Shown: positions 1 to 9,656 of the stretch, in pieces
Layout of the letters: every line of letters starts with the position of its first letter
Position numbering within the stretch: position 1 is the first letter of the stretch
Source of the DNA: Dehalococcoidia bacterium
GTDB lineage: Bacteria; Chloroflexota; Dehalococcoidia; UBA2979
Assembly: GCA_965262725.1 (NCBI GenBank)
Contig: OZ253555.1
Location: 2,528,001 to 2,592,000, forward strand
Direction of reading: 5' to 3'
Length of the DNA: 64,000 nucleotides
Notes under the pieces: generated by a model
Database searches by the model: none
Seen by the model: the letters and a program-made list of their open reading frames with translations, nothing else
What the model was told of the DNA's origin: nothing
Made by a program: the position numbers and the translations under genes

Positions 1-265
1 GCCGAACCGCGCCGCCCTCCACCTCAACGGCGTCGGCGCGCCCCGACAGTCCCAGTACCTCCGACCAGAGGGGGATCGCCCTGAGCACTTGCCGTCCCCG
101 TTCCTGACGATGCTGCCCGCCGTCCACCCGCCGGTGGGCACGCGTGCCCCTGACGGTGTGGGCGTTGTCGCTCCAGACGCCGTCGCAGTGGATGAGGGCG
201 CACTGCCGCGGGCAGTACACGAAGTGCTCGATCGCGGAGATCTGGACGACGGGTTCGGGCGTCAC
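1..265 (-). CDS. cas4: CRISPR-associated Cas4 exonuclease, 5' part (runs off window edge)
   Basis: Not in ORF track. Manual translation from GTG at 265 (GTGA overlap with upstream stop): MTPEPVVQISAIEHFVYCPRQCALIHCDGVWSDN...LWSEVLGLSGRADAVE, the typical Cas4 N-terminus (YCPRQ, GxxD). Confidence 0.9.
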   Translation of the reverse strand, partial: MTPEPVVQISAIEHFVYCPRQCALIHCDGVWSDNAHTVRGTRAHRRVDGGQHRQERGRQVLRAIPLWSEVLGLSGRADAVEVEGGAVR

Positions 266-1161
266 AGCCGCATGGCACCGATCGCCCGGGTCGAATCCGC
301 CGAGCTTCGGCGCTCGAACTGCACGCTCCGCCATCCGGCGTGTACACCAAGCCGTGCCCACCCGTCCTCCCGCTCAGGGCTCCAGGCGTCCAGGAGTGCA
401 TCGATGCCATCGCTGTCGAGCGGTTGGCTCCACGCGGGCCAGTGGAAACTGCGCAACTCCCCGGTTCCGGCAACCTGCCGCCACCCCCGTTGCAGTGGAG
501 AGAGGTGTGCGGAGCGATCAAGCCGCTTGTCGGCCCCTCGTCCTCGCACCGGCAGGAGGGCGAGGCCGAAGAACGCGAGCACCTCGACGACCGGATCAAC
601 CCAGGGGGCCGTCGCATCCTGTAGGGATCCAAGCCTCGTCTGGTCGAACCCTAATCCGTTGTCCTGCACGCGATCAGCCTGGCCCGCCAGCGATTCGCGG
701 AGTCGCGCCTCCGGGTCGTCCAGGCGCCCGTGGACCTTGAGCAGCCGGTGATGGAGCCACTTGGTGGTTCCGGGCCCGGCGGGGTCGAACGGAGCATGGG
801 CAACCTCGCCGCTCTCGTCGACTGAGAGATCGGTCATCGTCGACGAGAGCGTCCACGAGCGCCGGTGGCTCCGCGCCGCTCGGGCGCGCTCGGCGAACGC
901 CTCGACGGGAACCCTCCGCTGAAGCCTGGCGGCACCCTGCCAGTCCTCGGCGATCGGCAGCTCGGACAGGGCCGCCGCAGCCGGCCACGACTCGAGCAGG
1001 GCGGTCACCGGATCGAGGGCCGTGCAAGCGAGCACGGCAACGGGCTCACTATCGGTCGTCCAGCGCAACCGGATGCGTTCGTCAAGGACAGTGGCGCCCA
1101 CTGCCGCAAGCCACGCATTGACCCATGATGCCCGCCAGCCCGGACACGCTACGTCGGTCAC
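262..1161 (-). CDS. cas8: Type I-G large subunit, short Cas8g/Csb3-like protein (299 aa)
   Basis: Position between cas3 and cas4 with overlapping start/stop codons; N-terminal WLAAVG and C-terminal E.LAFFGLALLPV segments resemble I-G Cas8/Csb3 variants. Confidence 0.65.
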   Translation of the reverse strand: MTDVACPGWRASWVNAWLAAVGATVLDERIRLRWTTDSEPVAVLACTALDPVTALLESWPAAAALSELPIAEDWQGAARLQRRVPVEAFAERARAARSHRRSWTLSSTMTDLSVDESGEVAHAPFDPAGPGTTKWLHHRLLKVHGRLDDPEARLRESLAGQADRVQDNGLGFDQTRLGSLQDATAPWVDPVVEVLAFFGLALLPVRGRGADKRLDRSAHLSPLQRGWRQVAGTGELRSFHWPAWSQPLDSDGIDALLDAWSPEREDGWARLGVHAGWRSVQFERRSSADSTRAIGAMRL

Positions 1162-3947
1162 CGGGGCGCCCCCTGGGGTACATCCGCGCCGGCGGACACT
1201 GTCCAGTCCGCCAGGCGCACGATCGCTTCAAGCAGTGCTAACCCCCACGGGCCGAAGCGCTCGTTCAGCCTCCTGAAGCGGCGCGGTTGGCTCCAGTCGA
1301 CAATGGCCAGGTCAGCCGGTGCTTCGACCGACGCGCCATCCACTACAACCGACACCATCGGAGGAGTACGGTCGGTCACCGGTGGTACGAGCGGGCGGCC
1401 CTTGCCGTGGTGGCTGATCACGAGATGGAGCAGCAGGTCCCGACGATCGGGATCGCCCCAGGATCGGTGCGATTCGAGCCAGACGTGCACCAGGCGGGCG
1501 GACAGGACCTCGTGACGGCCGCCCTGCGGCCACCCACCGTGCGTCGCCTCCCAGCGGTGACGCGGTGTGTCCGACTTGGCCAAGAGCTCGTCACTTCGTC
1601 CCTCGGGATCGAGTCGTCGCTGGAAGCGCGCGTCGGCTTTCCCGATGTCGTGCAGCGCTCCGGCGCGCTCCACAACCTCAGCCAGGTCTGCCCGGAGCCC
1701 AATACGCTCCGCGATCACCCGCGCCAGTACACCCACAGCCCGGCCGTGCTCATCGAGCCGGACAGCCGCAGCGCTGAGCGACGTCTCGTCGAAGTCACTG
1801 CTGAGGTCGCTGCTCGGCCGTAAAGCCTCATCTGTCCGGCACGTCAGCCGGGGCACTTCGCGGCGCGGCTCTTCGACGGAGGAACCGAGGGCATCCGTGA
1901 ACTCGGACCATTCCCTGTCATCCCATCCGGGTGGCGTCACCGCCTCTCTGAGCCGAGCCCGGATCGTCTGCGCTGCTTCGTCGCGCGAGGCCTGATCGAC
2001 ATCTTCGTGCTCGTCGGTCTCCAACGCGATCGCCAGCTGGGGCGTCACGTCGACGCCGCACAGCCGCTCGATTGCCTTCGCATCGAGCGGTACTCCCTGC
2101 CCCGCCAGCGATGCATCCACGACGGGGCAGGATGCGGCGGGGTTCCAGCCGAACTCATCCAGGAGGCCGCGGTCGGCGGCAAGGATGATCTGGTCTCCGG
2201 GCCGTAGATCCGCCGCCCGCGTCAGCTCCACCGTCACGCCGTCCGGAGCCAGCCGATGGAGGTCTTCGTCATCCTGCAGCGCCATCCGTACCTCGCCGAT
2301 CGCAACATCCGCGGATTCGCGATCACTGGCACGGGGCCACAGCCGCTGACCCTCCCCGGGCACGTGGACGCGCCAGATGACGGACACGGAGTACTCGGAT
2401 ACCTGGATGCCGCTGAAGTAGGGCTCGACGGGGGCCTCCCCGTCCGGTGGGTTGGTCGTCTTCGTCCACTCGCGCACAATCCCCGGCAGCACTTCCGGTG
2501 CCCGGCCGTGATCATCGCCCGGAGCGCCCAGCACCTCGGCCACGCGCGCAGGCGGCAGATCCACGACGCGGCGCTTATCTCCAGCGCACGCGCCCTCCAG
2601 TCGCCGGAGAACCTGCGAGGGCTCCTCGCCGTACACGGGCCAGGCTGCAGACTCCTGGCCGCGGCCGGCCCCACGGCGCCCCCTGGGAGGCGGCGCATGC
2701 ACGTACACGGCCCGCGCGTGCGGATGGTGCCCGAGCCGATTCACTCTGCCCAGGCGTTGTGTGAGCGAGCGAACCCCGCACGCTTCCGTGACGAGGTATT
2801 CCGCGTCGAGGTCCGCGCCGACCTCGAGGGTCTGCGTCGCAACCACGACGAGGTGCCGTTCGCGGAGAAGTCCCGCCGGGCGCGCTGCAGCCATGCCGGT
2901 GGCGCGATCCAGGATGCGCGCCCGGATCTGCTCGGCCTCCCGTTCGCGGTTGAGGCCGGTCAGCAGTAACGCTTCGGCATCCGGCACCTGCTGACGCAGG
3001 CGCTCGAACACCTTCCGTGCCGTCCTCGGCGCGTTGGCGAAGATCAGGAAGGACGCCGGCTCCGGGGCGGCAGTGAGCAGCTCGAGTGCCGCCTCCGCGA
3101 GTAGCTTGCCCGTGTCGCCTGCGTCGTACCTCCGCACTTCCAGCGGCTTCGCGGCGTGCAGCCGGCGCTGAATGACCGGGTTCGACTCGTCCTGGTCATC
3201 GAGATCGAACCGCTCTCCGGAGGCATCGCCCGTCGCGGTCAGCGCGGTGATCCTCGCCCTCGAACGGGCTGCACCGAGTATGGGCTCTGCTTCGGGCGCA
3301 CACTCGGCGATCGCGGGAATCAACGTCATCAGGTGCGGGGCGAGGTGTGCTTCGTCCAGGAGGACGAGGCTGTCAGTCCCAGCCATCGCAGCGTCTATGG
3401 GGCACCGATTCAACGTCGATCCGTAGCCTCGGAACAGAAGCCGCGAGCCGTACATCGGTAACGTGCACAGGATGACCGTCGGCCGTGAAGGGTCGGCCGG
3501 CGTTCGCGACGCGACTCCCCCGCGCAGTCGTATGACGTCGAGCGGTGGTGCGGCTGGATTGGCGGAGAGGGAACGGAGCCGCTCGGCGATCTCGCCGACG
3601 ACCCCCCGCGCGTCCGCCGCGAGATCGACCGAACCGGGATCGGCGAGCACCCGCGCAAGCTGTTCGGCATAGTCTGCGGTCGAGTCCACCAGCAGGCGCC
3701 GGTTGACCACCCACCAGATGCGGGTCGGCGCCGTGCGCCGCGCCGGCTCGCGATCCGCCTGGGTCGCGAGCCACCACACGGCGATGTCCAGGCACGCCGT
3801 CTTGCCCAGCCCGGTCGGTACGCCAACCTCCCGGGGCCACTCGTCCGACTCGGCGACCTGCCCGGCCAGCCGCGCCTGCCACGGAAAGGGCTCACGCCCG
3901 TGGATGGCCCGGTAGAAGTCGGCGAAGGTCGGTGCGGGAGCCATCAT
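1158..3947 (-). CDS. cas3: Type I-G Cas3 helicase-nuclease with C-terminal HD domain
   Basis: PFPWQ, PTGLGKT, DEAH, ATQTLEVGADLD, QRLGRVNR helicase motifs; C-terminal LHDIGKAD...RHE...HHG HD domain (C-terminal HD is the I-G arrangement). Start reassigned to ATG 3947 (MMAPAPTF). Confidence 0.95.
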   Translation of the reverse strand: MMAPAPTFADFYRAIHGREPFPWQARLAGQVAESDEWPREVGVPTGLGKTACLDIAVWWLATQADREPARRTAPTRIWWVVNRRLLVDSTADYAEQLARVLADPGSVDLAADARGVVGEIAERLRSLSANPAAPPLDVIRLRGGVASRTPADPSRPTVILCTLPMYGSRLLFRGYGSTLNRCPIDAAMAGTDSLVLLDEAHLAPHLMTLIPAIAECAPEAEPILGAARSRARITALTATGDASGERFDLDDQDESNPVIQRRLHAAKPLEVRRYDAGDTGKLLAEAALELLTAAPEPASFLIFANAPRTARKVFERLRQQVPDAEALLLTGLNREREAEQIRARILDRATGMAAARPAGLLRERHLVVVATQTLEVGADLDAEYLVTEACGVRSLTQRLGRVNRLGHHPHARAVYVHAPPPRGRRGAGRGQESAAWPVYGEEPSQVLRRLEGACAGDKRRVVDLPPARVAEVLGAPGDDHGRAPEVLPGIVREWTKTTNPPDGEAPVEPYFSGIQVSEYSVSVIWRVHVPGEGQRLWPRASDRESADVAIGEVRMALQDDEDLHRLAPDGVTVELTRAADLRPGDQIILAADRGLLDEFGWNPAASCPVVDASLAGQGVPLDAKAIERLCGVDVTPQLAIALETDEHEDVDQASRDEAAQTIRARLREAVTPPGWDDREWSEFTDALGSSVEEPRREVPRLTCRTDEALRPSSDLSSDFDETSLSAAAVRLDEHGRAVGVLARVIAERIGLRADLAEVVERAGALHDIGKADARFQRRLDPEGRSDELLAKSDTPRHRWEATHGGWPQGGRHEVLSARLVHVWLESHRSWGDPDRRDLLLHLVISHHGKGRPLVPPVTDRTPPMVSVVVDGASVEAPADLAIVDWSQPRRFRRLNERFGPWGLALLEAIVRLADWTVSAGADVPQGAPR

Positions 3948-3973
3948 CGTTCCACCGCGAAGGTGTTCGCTCG

Positions 3974-5383
3974 TCAAGCCCGACCATCGAGTGGGACGCA
4001 GAGTCCGAAACCCCGCTGCCGTCCGGAGCCGATGACGACCGGCCCCGGGATCGCCTGCTCGAACCACAGCTCGACGTGTGAATACGGAAGCGGCGGCCTG
4101 CCCGGCCGGTTCACTTCCACCGGGGCGAGATCGAGCGCCCCGGGGATCAGCGGCGTGTGCGCCGACCGCAAGTCGATGGGCGCCGGTAACCCCGCATGCT
4201 CACACCAGCGGGTGACCTCCGCCAGGTCTAGGCGATGGCGGCGCTCGTGAATCGCCGGTACTGCCGTCGCCCAGCCGGACGAGGGTCGCAGCCATCGATT
4301 CGGATGGGCGGCCATGGGACGCTCCTCGTCGTCGCGCGGGGTCACCGCCACATCGACTCCGTGCCCGACGAGCCGCCGGATCGAGAACGCCGCATCGCGG
4401 GCCATGCCGTGTACCGCTGCGTCGCACCCCGGTGGTAGCCACAGGGCCAGCCCGTGGATGCGCCCGCGCGACCGCGGATAGCCTGCGTCAGGAAGCGCGA
4501 GGTAGCGGGCAAGCTCGTAGCCCGTCGCGCTGAATCCGTGTCCGTGGAGCACCGCCGGAGGCTCGCCGTGCATCTGCTGGTGCTGGCTGAGGATGGCCTC
4601 CTTGAAGAGCGCGGTCAGCGCCGAAACGCGTCGCCCGGAGACCGCCGTCGCGAGGCGCAACCACGCCACGACTTCGCCTCGGTCCCGCGGCTCCTCCGAC
4701 CGCGGTGAGCGGTACGGAACCGGGTGCGTCAGCGCCGGGGACTGCGACCGGCTGACCGAGGCACCGTGCACGACCCACCGCTCGTGGAGACGATCCCAGC
4801 GAGCAAGGTCCCCCTCAACGGGCACGTTGATCACGGTGCCGCCTGCGTGATCGGGGACGAACGCGCCGGCCTCGGCCGGGGGTGCGACCATCTCCGTGGA
4901 GACGCGTGTGCGCACCGGCGAGTCCGCGGAGCCCAGGTACCCTACACGCGCGGCGCGGCGCCGAAGCGCCTCGAGGATCGTGTCGTTGGGTGGCGCCACA
5001 TCCCACTGGTAGACCACGCGGGGCGAGCGCGGGGCGACCCGCACACCGGCCCGGCTGGCCGCGCCCGAGCGGCCCACGTACTCGTGGTGCGTCCCCTTCG
5101 CTGGCGCGGCCCCGTGCTGCACGACGAACCGCGGCCGAAGGGGCTGGTGAACGGGGTCGGGATCAGCGTGTATGACCGGCGACGGCAACCGCTCGAACCA
5201 CTCGAGCTCGGTGCCGTCGGTGACCCGGCACGCGTCTCCGGTCCCGTCGGCCGCCACCAACGCCGCGAAGAGGCGTGCCGGCGACGGCGGCCACTCGCCG
5301 CGCGTCAGGCGGCCGGTGTTGGCGGTACCGTCGGGGTCGCCGCGAAACGTGCCGTGCAGGAGTTCGACCGAGATCGAGAGCAT
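3974..5383 (-). CDS. csb2: Csb2 (Cas5-Cas6 fusion) of type I-G
   Basis: EWPPSPARLFAALVAA N-terminus, YLGSADS, C-terminal GPVVIGSGRQRGFGLC glycine loop. Confidence 0.92.
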   Translation of the reverse strand: MLSISVELLHGTFRGDPDGTANTGRLTRGEWPPSPARLFAALVAADGTGDACRVTDGTELEWFERLPSPVIHADPDPVHQPLRPRFVVQHGAAPAKGTHHEYVGRSGAASRAGVRVAPRSPRVVYQWDVAPPNDTILEALRRRAARVGYLGSADSPVRTRVSTEMVAPPAEAGAFVPDHAGGTVINVPVEGDLARWDRLHERWVVHGASVSRSQSPALTHPVPYRSPRSEEPRDRGEVVAWLRLATAVSGRRVSALTALFKEAILSQHQQMHGEPPAVLHGHGFSATGYELARYLALPDAGYPRSRGRIHGLALWLPPGCDAAVHGMARDAAFSIRRLVGHGVDVAVTPRDDEERPMAAHPNRWLRPSSGWATAVPAIHERRHRLDLAEVTRWCEHAGLPAPIDLRSAHTPLIPGALDLAPVEVNRPGRPPLPYSHVELWFEQAIPGPVVIGSGRQRGFGLCVPLDGRA

Positions 5384-6576
5384 CAGTCGCCTGGCTCGGG
5401 CCAGGTCGAGCGGATCGCCTTTGCGAGTGCATCGCCGGGTCGCAGCATCATCGGCGGCTGCCCCCAGCCATCGAGCGGTACTCCGACCGACTCAGCATGC
5501 GTGCGGGCAGCCTCCAGCAGCGTCCGTGTCGCCTCAGCGCCACCCAGGTCGCACGTCTCGTCACCGGAGCCACCGAGCCACGTCACCGTAGCGGCGGCCG
5601 GCCGCAGGTCGGCGCCGGAGCGGAGCGCGAAGGCGTGCCCGAAGGCGAGCTGGTGGGCGTGGAGCCCAAGCGCAACGAGGAGCGCCCGCGCGGCCGAGTC
5701 CGCTCCTCGCGACGCTTCCCGTCCCAGGCTGACACGCCGCAATTGGGCGAAGGACACGGTCGCTCGCTGGGTCACCCGCTGGAACGAGACGGCCGACGCG
5801 GCCGCGTCGCTCCCCATGAACGGCACCTGGCCGTGACCGAGCTCCGACAGCCTGTCCCGCTTCCCGCCCTCGACCTTCTCGGCCCCTCCGATATCCCACC
5901 TGGTTCGATCGTCCGGGTTCGAGGTCACGACTTCGTCTGTGTTCAGGTTCAGGGGGTCACCCTTCAGGCCCAGGACCCTGGTCTCGGTCGACCCCGGTCG
6001 CCACCCAACAATCTCCGAGACCCACGCCCGGGCGTGCTTGCTGTTGTGGCGCTTCCTGCCCAGGTGGGACTGCCAGAATCCGTACAGCAGTGCCTGCGGG
6101 AACCAGGACATCAGCGGCCCGCATTCTTGGGCGGTGGCGCCGAAGATGGCCTGCCCGACCTCCGTACGGATGAAGTCGAGGTCGCCCAACCGGGCGTCGC
6201 GAAGATACGCGTCCGCATTGCGGTGCGGGAATTCGAGGCTCGAGAGCGACCGGGGCAAGTGAGCCGGCAGGCCGCGGATCTCGGACAGGTCGAGAACCAA
6301 CTCCGGGATCGAACTCGACTCGCGGTCGCGCCGCAGGGCGTGCTCCAGGCGGTTGGCCTGCGACGGAACATTGTCGATCACGATGATTGGCGTGGGTTCC
6401 GCATCCCCCGGTGAGGCCCAACGGCGATCGAGTTGGTACGTCCCGCCCTCGTACACCGCCGGCTTGACCGGACCACCGGGCCCCGAAAGGGGCTGGAGTT
6501 CCGCATCGATCCGAATGCCGTCATCGAACGCGTCGTCCGCGCAGGCGAACAGCAGTTGTTCAGCGTCGATCGTCAT
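5383..6576 (-). CDS. cas7: Csb1/Cas7 backbone of type I-G
   Basis: LQPLSG..VKPAVY, IDNVPSQANRLE, PHRNADAYLR, ALLYGFWQS, ELGHGQVP motifs of Csb1. Confidence 0.93.
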   Translation of the reverse strand: MTIDAEQLLFACADDAFDDGIRIDAELQPLSGPGGPVKPAVYEGGTYQLDRRWASPGDAEPTPIIVIDNVPSQANRLEHALRRDRESSSIPELVLDLSEIRGLPAHLPRSLSSLEFPHRNADAYLRDARLGDLDFIRTEVGQAIFGATAQECGPLMSWFPQALLYGFWQSHLGRKRHNSKHARAWVSEIVGWRPGSTETRVLGLKGDPLNLNTDEVVTSNPDDRTRWDIGGAEKVEGGKRDRLSELGHGQVPFMGSDAAASAVSFQRVTQRATVSFAQLRRVSLGREASRGADSAARALLVALGLHAHQLAFGHAFALRSGADLRPAAATVTWLGGSGDETCDLGGAEATRTLLEAARTHAESVGVPLDGWGQPPMMLRPGDALAKAIRSTWPEPGD

Positions 6577-6633
6577 ACACCCCCTAGACCTAGCGTTGAC
6601 ACCCGTTGCGTGCAGCGACAGCTGGCCGGTCCG

Positions 6634-6765
6634 TCAGCGCTTCTTCTTCGGTCGTCGTCTCTCGGTTTCCCGAACGGTGGTACGAGGGTGGTCGTCGGCG
6701 TACTTGTTCGTAACGTATCTTCCGGACCCCGCGTCTCGATACTTGGGTTGCGGTTTGCCAGCCAC
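6634..6765 (-). CDS. Small basic protein (43 aa) with RDAxSGRYV...YA..HP.TTVRE motif
   Basis: Below ORF-track cutoff; GTG 6765 (or TTG 6780) to TGA 6634: MAGKPQPKYRDAGSGRYVTNKYADDHPRTTVRETERRRPKKKR; co-oriented directly upstream of cas7. Confidence 0.65.
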   Translation of the reverse strand: MAGKPQPKYRDAGSGRYVTNKYADDHPRTTVRETERRRPKKKR

Positions 6766-6914
6766 AGCAGGTTTCTTCAATACCCGCAATCGTTCTCGTA
6801 CGGGAATACTCGCGGATTAATATATGACACCTGTTGCGCCCCGCGCCAGCAACCCGGGATTATCGACCCGAGCCTCGCCTGCTGCACGGGCTCCATGACG
6901 GTGAGCTGCCTCCC

Positions 6915-7160
6915 GTAGGCGGACCGCCGCCGGTGCGGATCCGCGCGACGGTCATGTCGGGCGTGCAGGAATGCGCTCACGAGCCCGCGGTCGGGCCAGA
7001 GCTGCGCCGCGATCTCGACGCGGAAGGTTTCTTGGGGGCGCAGGGCCAGCAGCGCGATGAGACGGCTCGCCGCCTCCGGCACGTCGCAGTCGACGCCGTT
7101 CACGGTGACCGCGAAGCCTCCCAGCAGCGTGACGCGGATCGACGGCTGCACAGGACCGCC
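6915..7160 (-). pseudogene. SARP/AfsR-type regulator N-terminal fragment
   Basis: IRVTLLGGFAVTVNG...RLIALLAL...EIAAQLWPD winged-helix signature with no intact continuation. Confidence 0.55.
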
Positions 7161-7591
7161 CCTCCCCCACGAGTCCCGGTCGGGCCGGGTGGGGCGCTCC
7201 GCCCGGCGCTCGGCTCGACGCACTCCCCGCGTCTGCCTCCCGGTACTCATCGTGCCTGTCGTGCGCCGGCTGTGGCGAAGCGACGGCGAGGGTGAGCACG
7301 ATACCGCACGGCGACTGACCGTGTCGAGCAGGGGCGGCGCAAGGTCGAGCGCCACCGTGCCACGCACGCCATCGTGGTCATGACGGGTGCCTCCCCACGG
7401 CTCAGGGACAGCGGCGGCCGCGCGTGGACGGATGCGCCAGCTCGCGCCGACCGGGGACATCAACGGGGTCCGCAAGGTCTTCACGGTGCTGACCGAGTCG
7501 CTGCGGGAGCTGGACGACCCCGGGCCGGGCCCGCCCAGGAGAGGAGGGAGCTGCTCGCCGAGCTCCGGGCCCGCGAGCAGGGCGCGGTGGT

Positions 7592-8146
7592 GTGACGGGG
7601 TACATCGCGGGCGGGCGCCCTGCGTGGCTGGTGAGGGCCCGGGAGCCGTGCGCCGTGTACCCGGTGCTCGCGGGAGCAGCCCTCATGGTCGGGGCGATCC
7701 TCGGGATGCGCGGGCGCGAGCCTGTGGAGATCGTCTGGGGCGCGGGCTTCGGTGCCTGCTTCCTGGCGCCGGCCTGGTCGGACCTCCGCCGCCGCATCAT
7801 CCCGAACCGGATCGTCTACCCGGCGCTGGTCCTGGCGCTCGCCGCCTTCGGTGCCTGGCCCGACCGCGGATTCGCCGAGGCGCTCGCGGGCGGGCTCGGC
7901 CCGCTTGCCGTCGTGACCATCACCCGCGGACTGAGCGGCGGCGGCCTCGGCGGCGGGGACGTGAAGATGACTGCGCTGCCTTCGGGATTGCTACGCTGCC
8001 GCCCGCGAACAGGCCACTCCCCCCGATGGGATGTCGCGGTACTGAATCCGCGTGCAAGCGGGAGACGGCCTCAAAGGCTGGGTCTCGCAGGAGCACCTCG
8101 ACCACTCCAAGTGACGCGACCCGCGAGGCCTCCGTTGCCTCGATGA
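7592..8146 (+). pseudogene. Prepilin peptidase A24 family fragment
   Basis: SDLRRRIIPNRIVYP and GLGGGDVK catalytic motifs; hydrophobic segments; reading loses similarity after about 7975. Confidence 0.7.
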
Positions 8147-8184
8147 CTCAGCGAGCCCCGGGCGGGTCGCGGCGAGGCCGAACG

Positions 8185-8239
8185 TGGCGCGCCGGGAAGG
8201 ATTCGAACCCTCCAGCCTCAGTTGTCCGAACTGGCGCTC
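8185..8239 (-). other. Degenerate tRNA-like 3' half (possible att relic)
   Basis: Minus strand reads GAGCGCCAGTTCGGACAACTGAGGCTGGAGGGTTCGAATCCTTCCCGGCGCGCCA: anticodon-like stem, GGTTCGAATCC T-arm, acceptor strand ending CCA; no 5' acceptor/D-arm. Confidence 0.6.
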
Positions 8240-8379
8240 ATGCGCGGTGGCAGACGGGAACGGGGAAGCGATCGCCCTTCGGTCCCGCGGTCATGGTGAA
8301 CTCGAACTTCTCCGGCGGCGGCGCGTCGTTGTCCTGGACCGTCACGGACGCCCTGCCGTTGGTCGTGTGATCTCGTAGC

Positions 8380-9400
8380 CGGTGCCGCCTCGCACTTCCA
8401 CCGTGACGCGGTGGCCGACTCCACGCTTCTGTCTCCCGAGCACCGAGTCATAATGAGCTTCGTGTCCGGGTCGAGAGCCGTCCACGTGCGTCCGGAAGTC
8501 GAAGGGGTGGTGACGTGATGACGTGACCGGTCCGGAGACATGCTCGTTGCTGCCAGCCGGTGAGAGTCCGGCACGGGTAACTGTCAGGAGGCCCGTTAGC
8601 AGGTCGGCGGCGTGGACGGGAAACGGTCTGCGTCGAAGCCCGACGTCAAGAGCCCTATGAGGGGGAGCAAACGTGCGGTCCGCAGCATGACGCGAAGTCT
8701 GCCGCGCCGTGAGACTCGCCTGTCTATTGACAGGACCAAGGAGGAGCCGAGCCCGGGTGGTCAGGGCGAAGGCCATGGACGAGGTGAAGATCCTGGAATG
8801 CAGCCTCAAGAAACCTCCCGGCGTATGGGACGTGGAACGTACGGAAGGTAGCGACGGGAACCGGAGAAGCCCTCCCCGGCCCGGCACCCTGTGAGAGGGC
8901 GTCGGAGCGAGGCGTCCTATAACCGGTCAGAGCCGGGAAGTGGACAGCCAGCCGGAAGGGTGGCGGAGGGGGTCGTAGTACCGCTGGAGCCGGACGGACA
9001 ACATAACCGCCGGTGATGGGAAGGACCCCTACTTTGTCCGTGCATGTTGCTGGGGGTGTGGACTGGTGAGTGCCCCTCGGGGCTAGCAACCACTTGGTAG
9101 GGTTCGAGGCTCTCCGCACATGCTGTACCGGCTGGCCAAGGCACGACCCACGTTGTGGGGAGCGCTGCATGCCATCTGGTGAAGGGCATCGGTGAGCCGG
9201 ATGAGGGAGAACCTCACGTCCGGTTCGATGTGGCAGGGGCTGGAGACGGACGCTGCTATGGCCGTGGAGTTGGGCACCACCGGGAAACCGGCTTGGAACT
9301 GATGCGCCACCGCCTACGGCTCGCACCGCGCCAGCCCCTGACCCTACGTCCAAACAGTGCCAGGTGCGTCGGCACCCTTGCCGGGCGCTGGAGGACGAGA
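8380..9400 (-). pseudogene. IS1-family-like transposase fragment interrupted by group II intron
   Basis: Removing 8486-9347 restores GTVWT|WTALDPDTKLIM..GDRS, typical of IS1-like DDE transposases. Confidence 0.7.
8486..9347 (+). mobile_element. ORF-less group II intron, copy 1 (862 nt)
   Basis: 5' GTGCG, 3' CCCTGACCCTAC, domain V GAGCCGGATGAGGGAGAACCTCACGTCCGGTTC; matches reverse complement of 33330-34191; flanks rejoin in frame. Confidence 0.93.
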
Positions 9401-9473
9401 TAGTGAGTCGCATCATCGTCGGGTGCAGGCCGTTCCAGAATCCTCGTCCCGACTCCAAGCAAAGTGGGGAAGA

Positions 9474-9656
9474 ATGCTAGAGTCAGTCCTGCGTCGCACG
9501 GCTGAGAAGCTCGCCGCGTCGGGTGTGCTCGACGCCGCTGAGAACGCACGCCTGATGAGAGCGCTCGCCGACGGCCGCCTCAGGTCTATCGCCGAACTGA
9601 GCGCCTTCCTCGAGAAGCCCGCGGATACGGCCGAGGCCCAAACCGATGAAGATTAG
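9474..9656 (+). CDS. Small hypothetical protein (60 aa) coupled to the downstream ATPase
   Basis: ATG 9474 after GGGGAAG; overlaps start of 9646 ORF. Confidence 0.55.
   Translation: MLESVLRRTAEKLAASGVLDAAENARLMRALADGRLRSIAELSAFLEKPADTAEAQTDED

Noticed and set aside
8185-8239. Functional tRNA genes (also 12594-12650)
   Set aside because: 5' acceptor strand and D-arm are missing and the anticodon loops are non-canonical.
6577-9480. CRISPR array next to the cas operon
   Set aside because: No regularly spaced 25-40 nt direct repeats were seen here or elsewhere in the window.
8342-9549. ORFs of 60-244 aa over the intron (and equivalents at 33090-35472)
   Set aside because: Chance frames across structured intron RNA, with no protein motifs.
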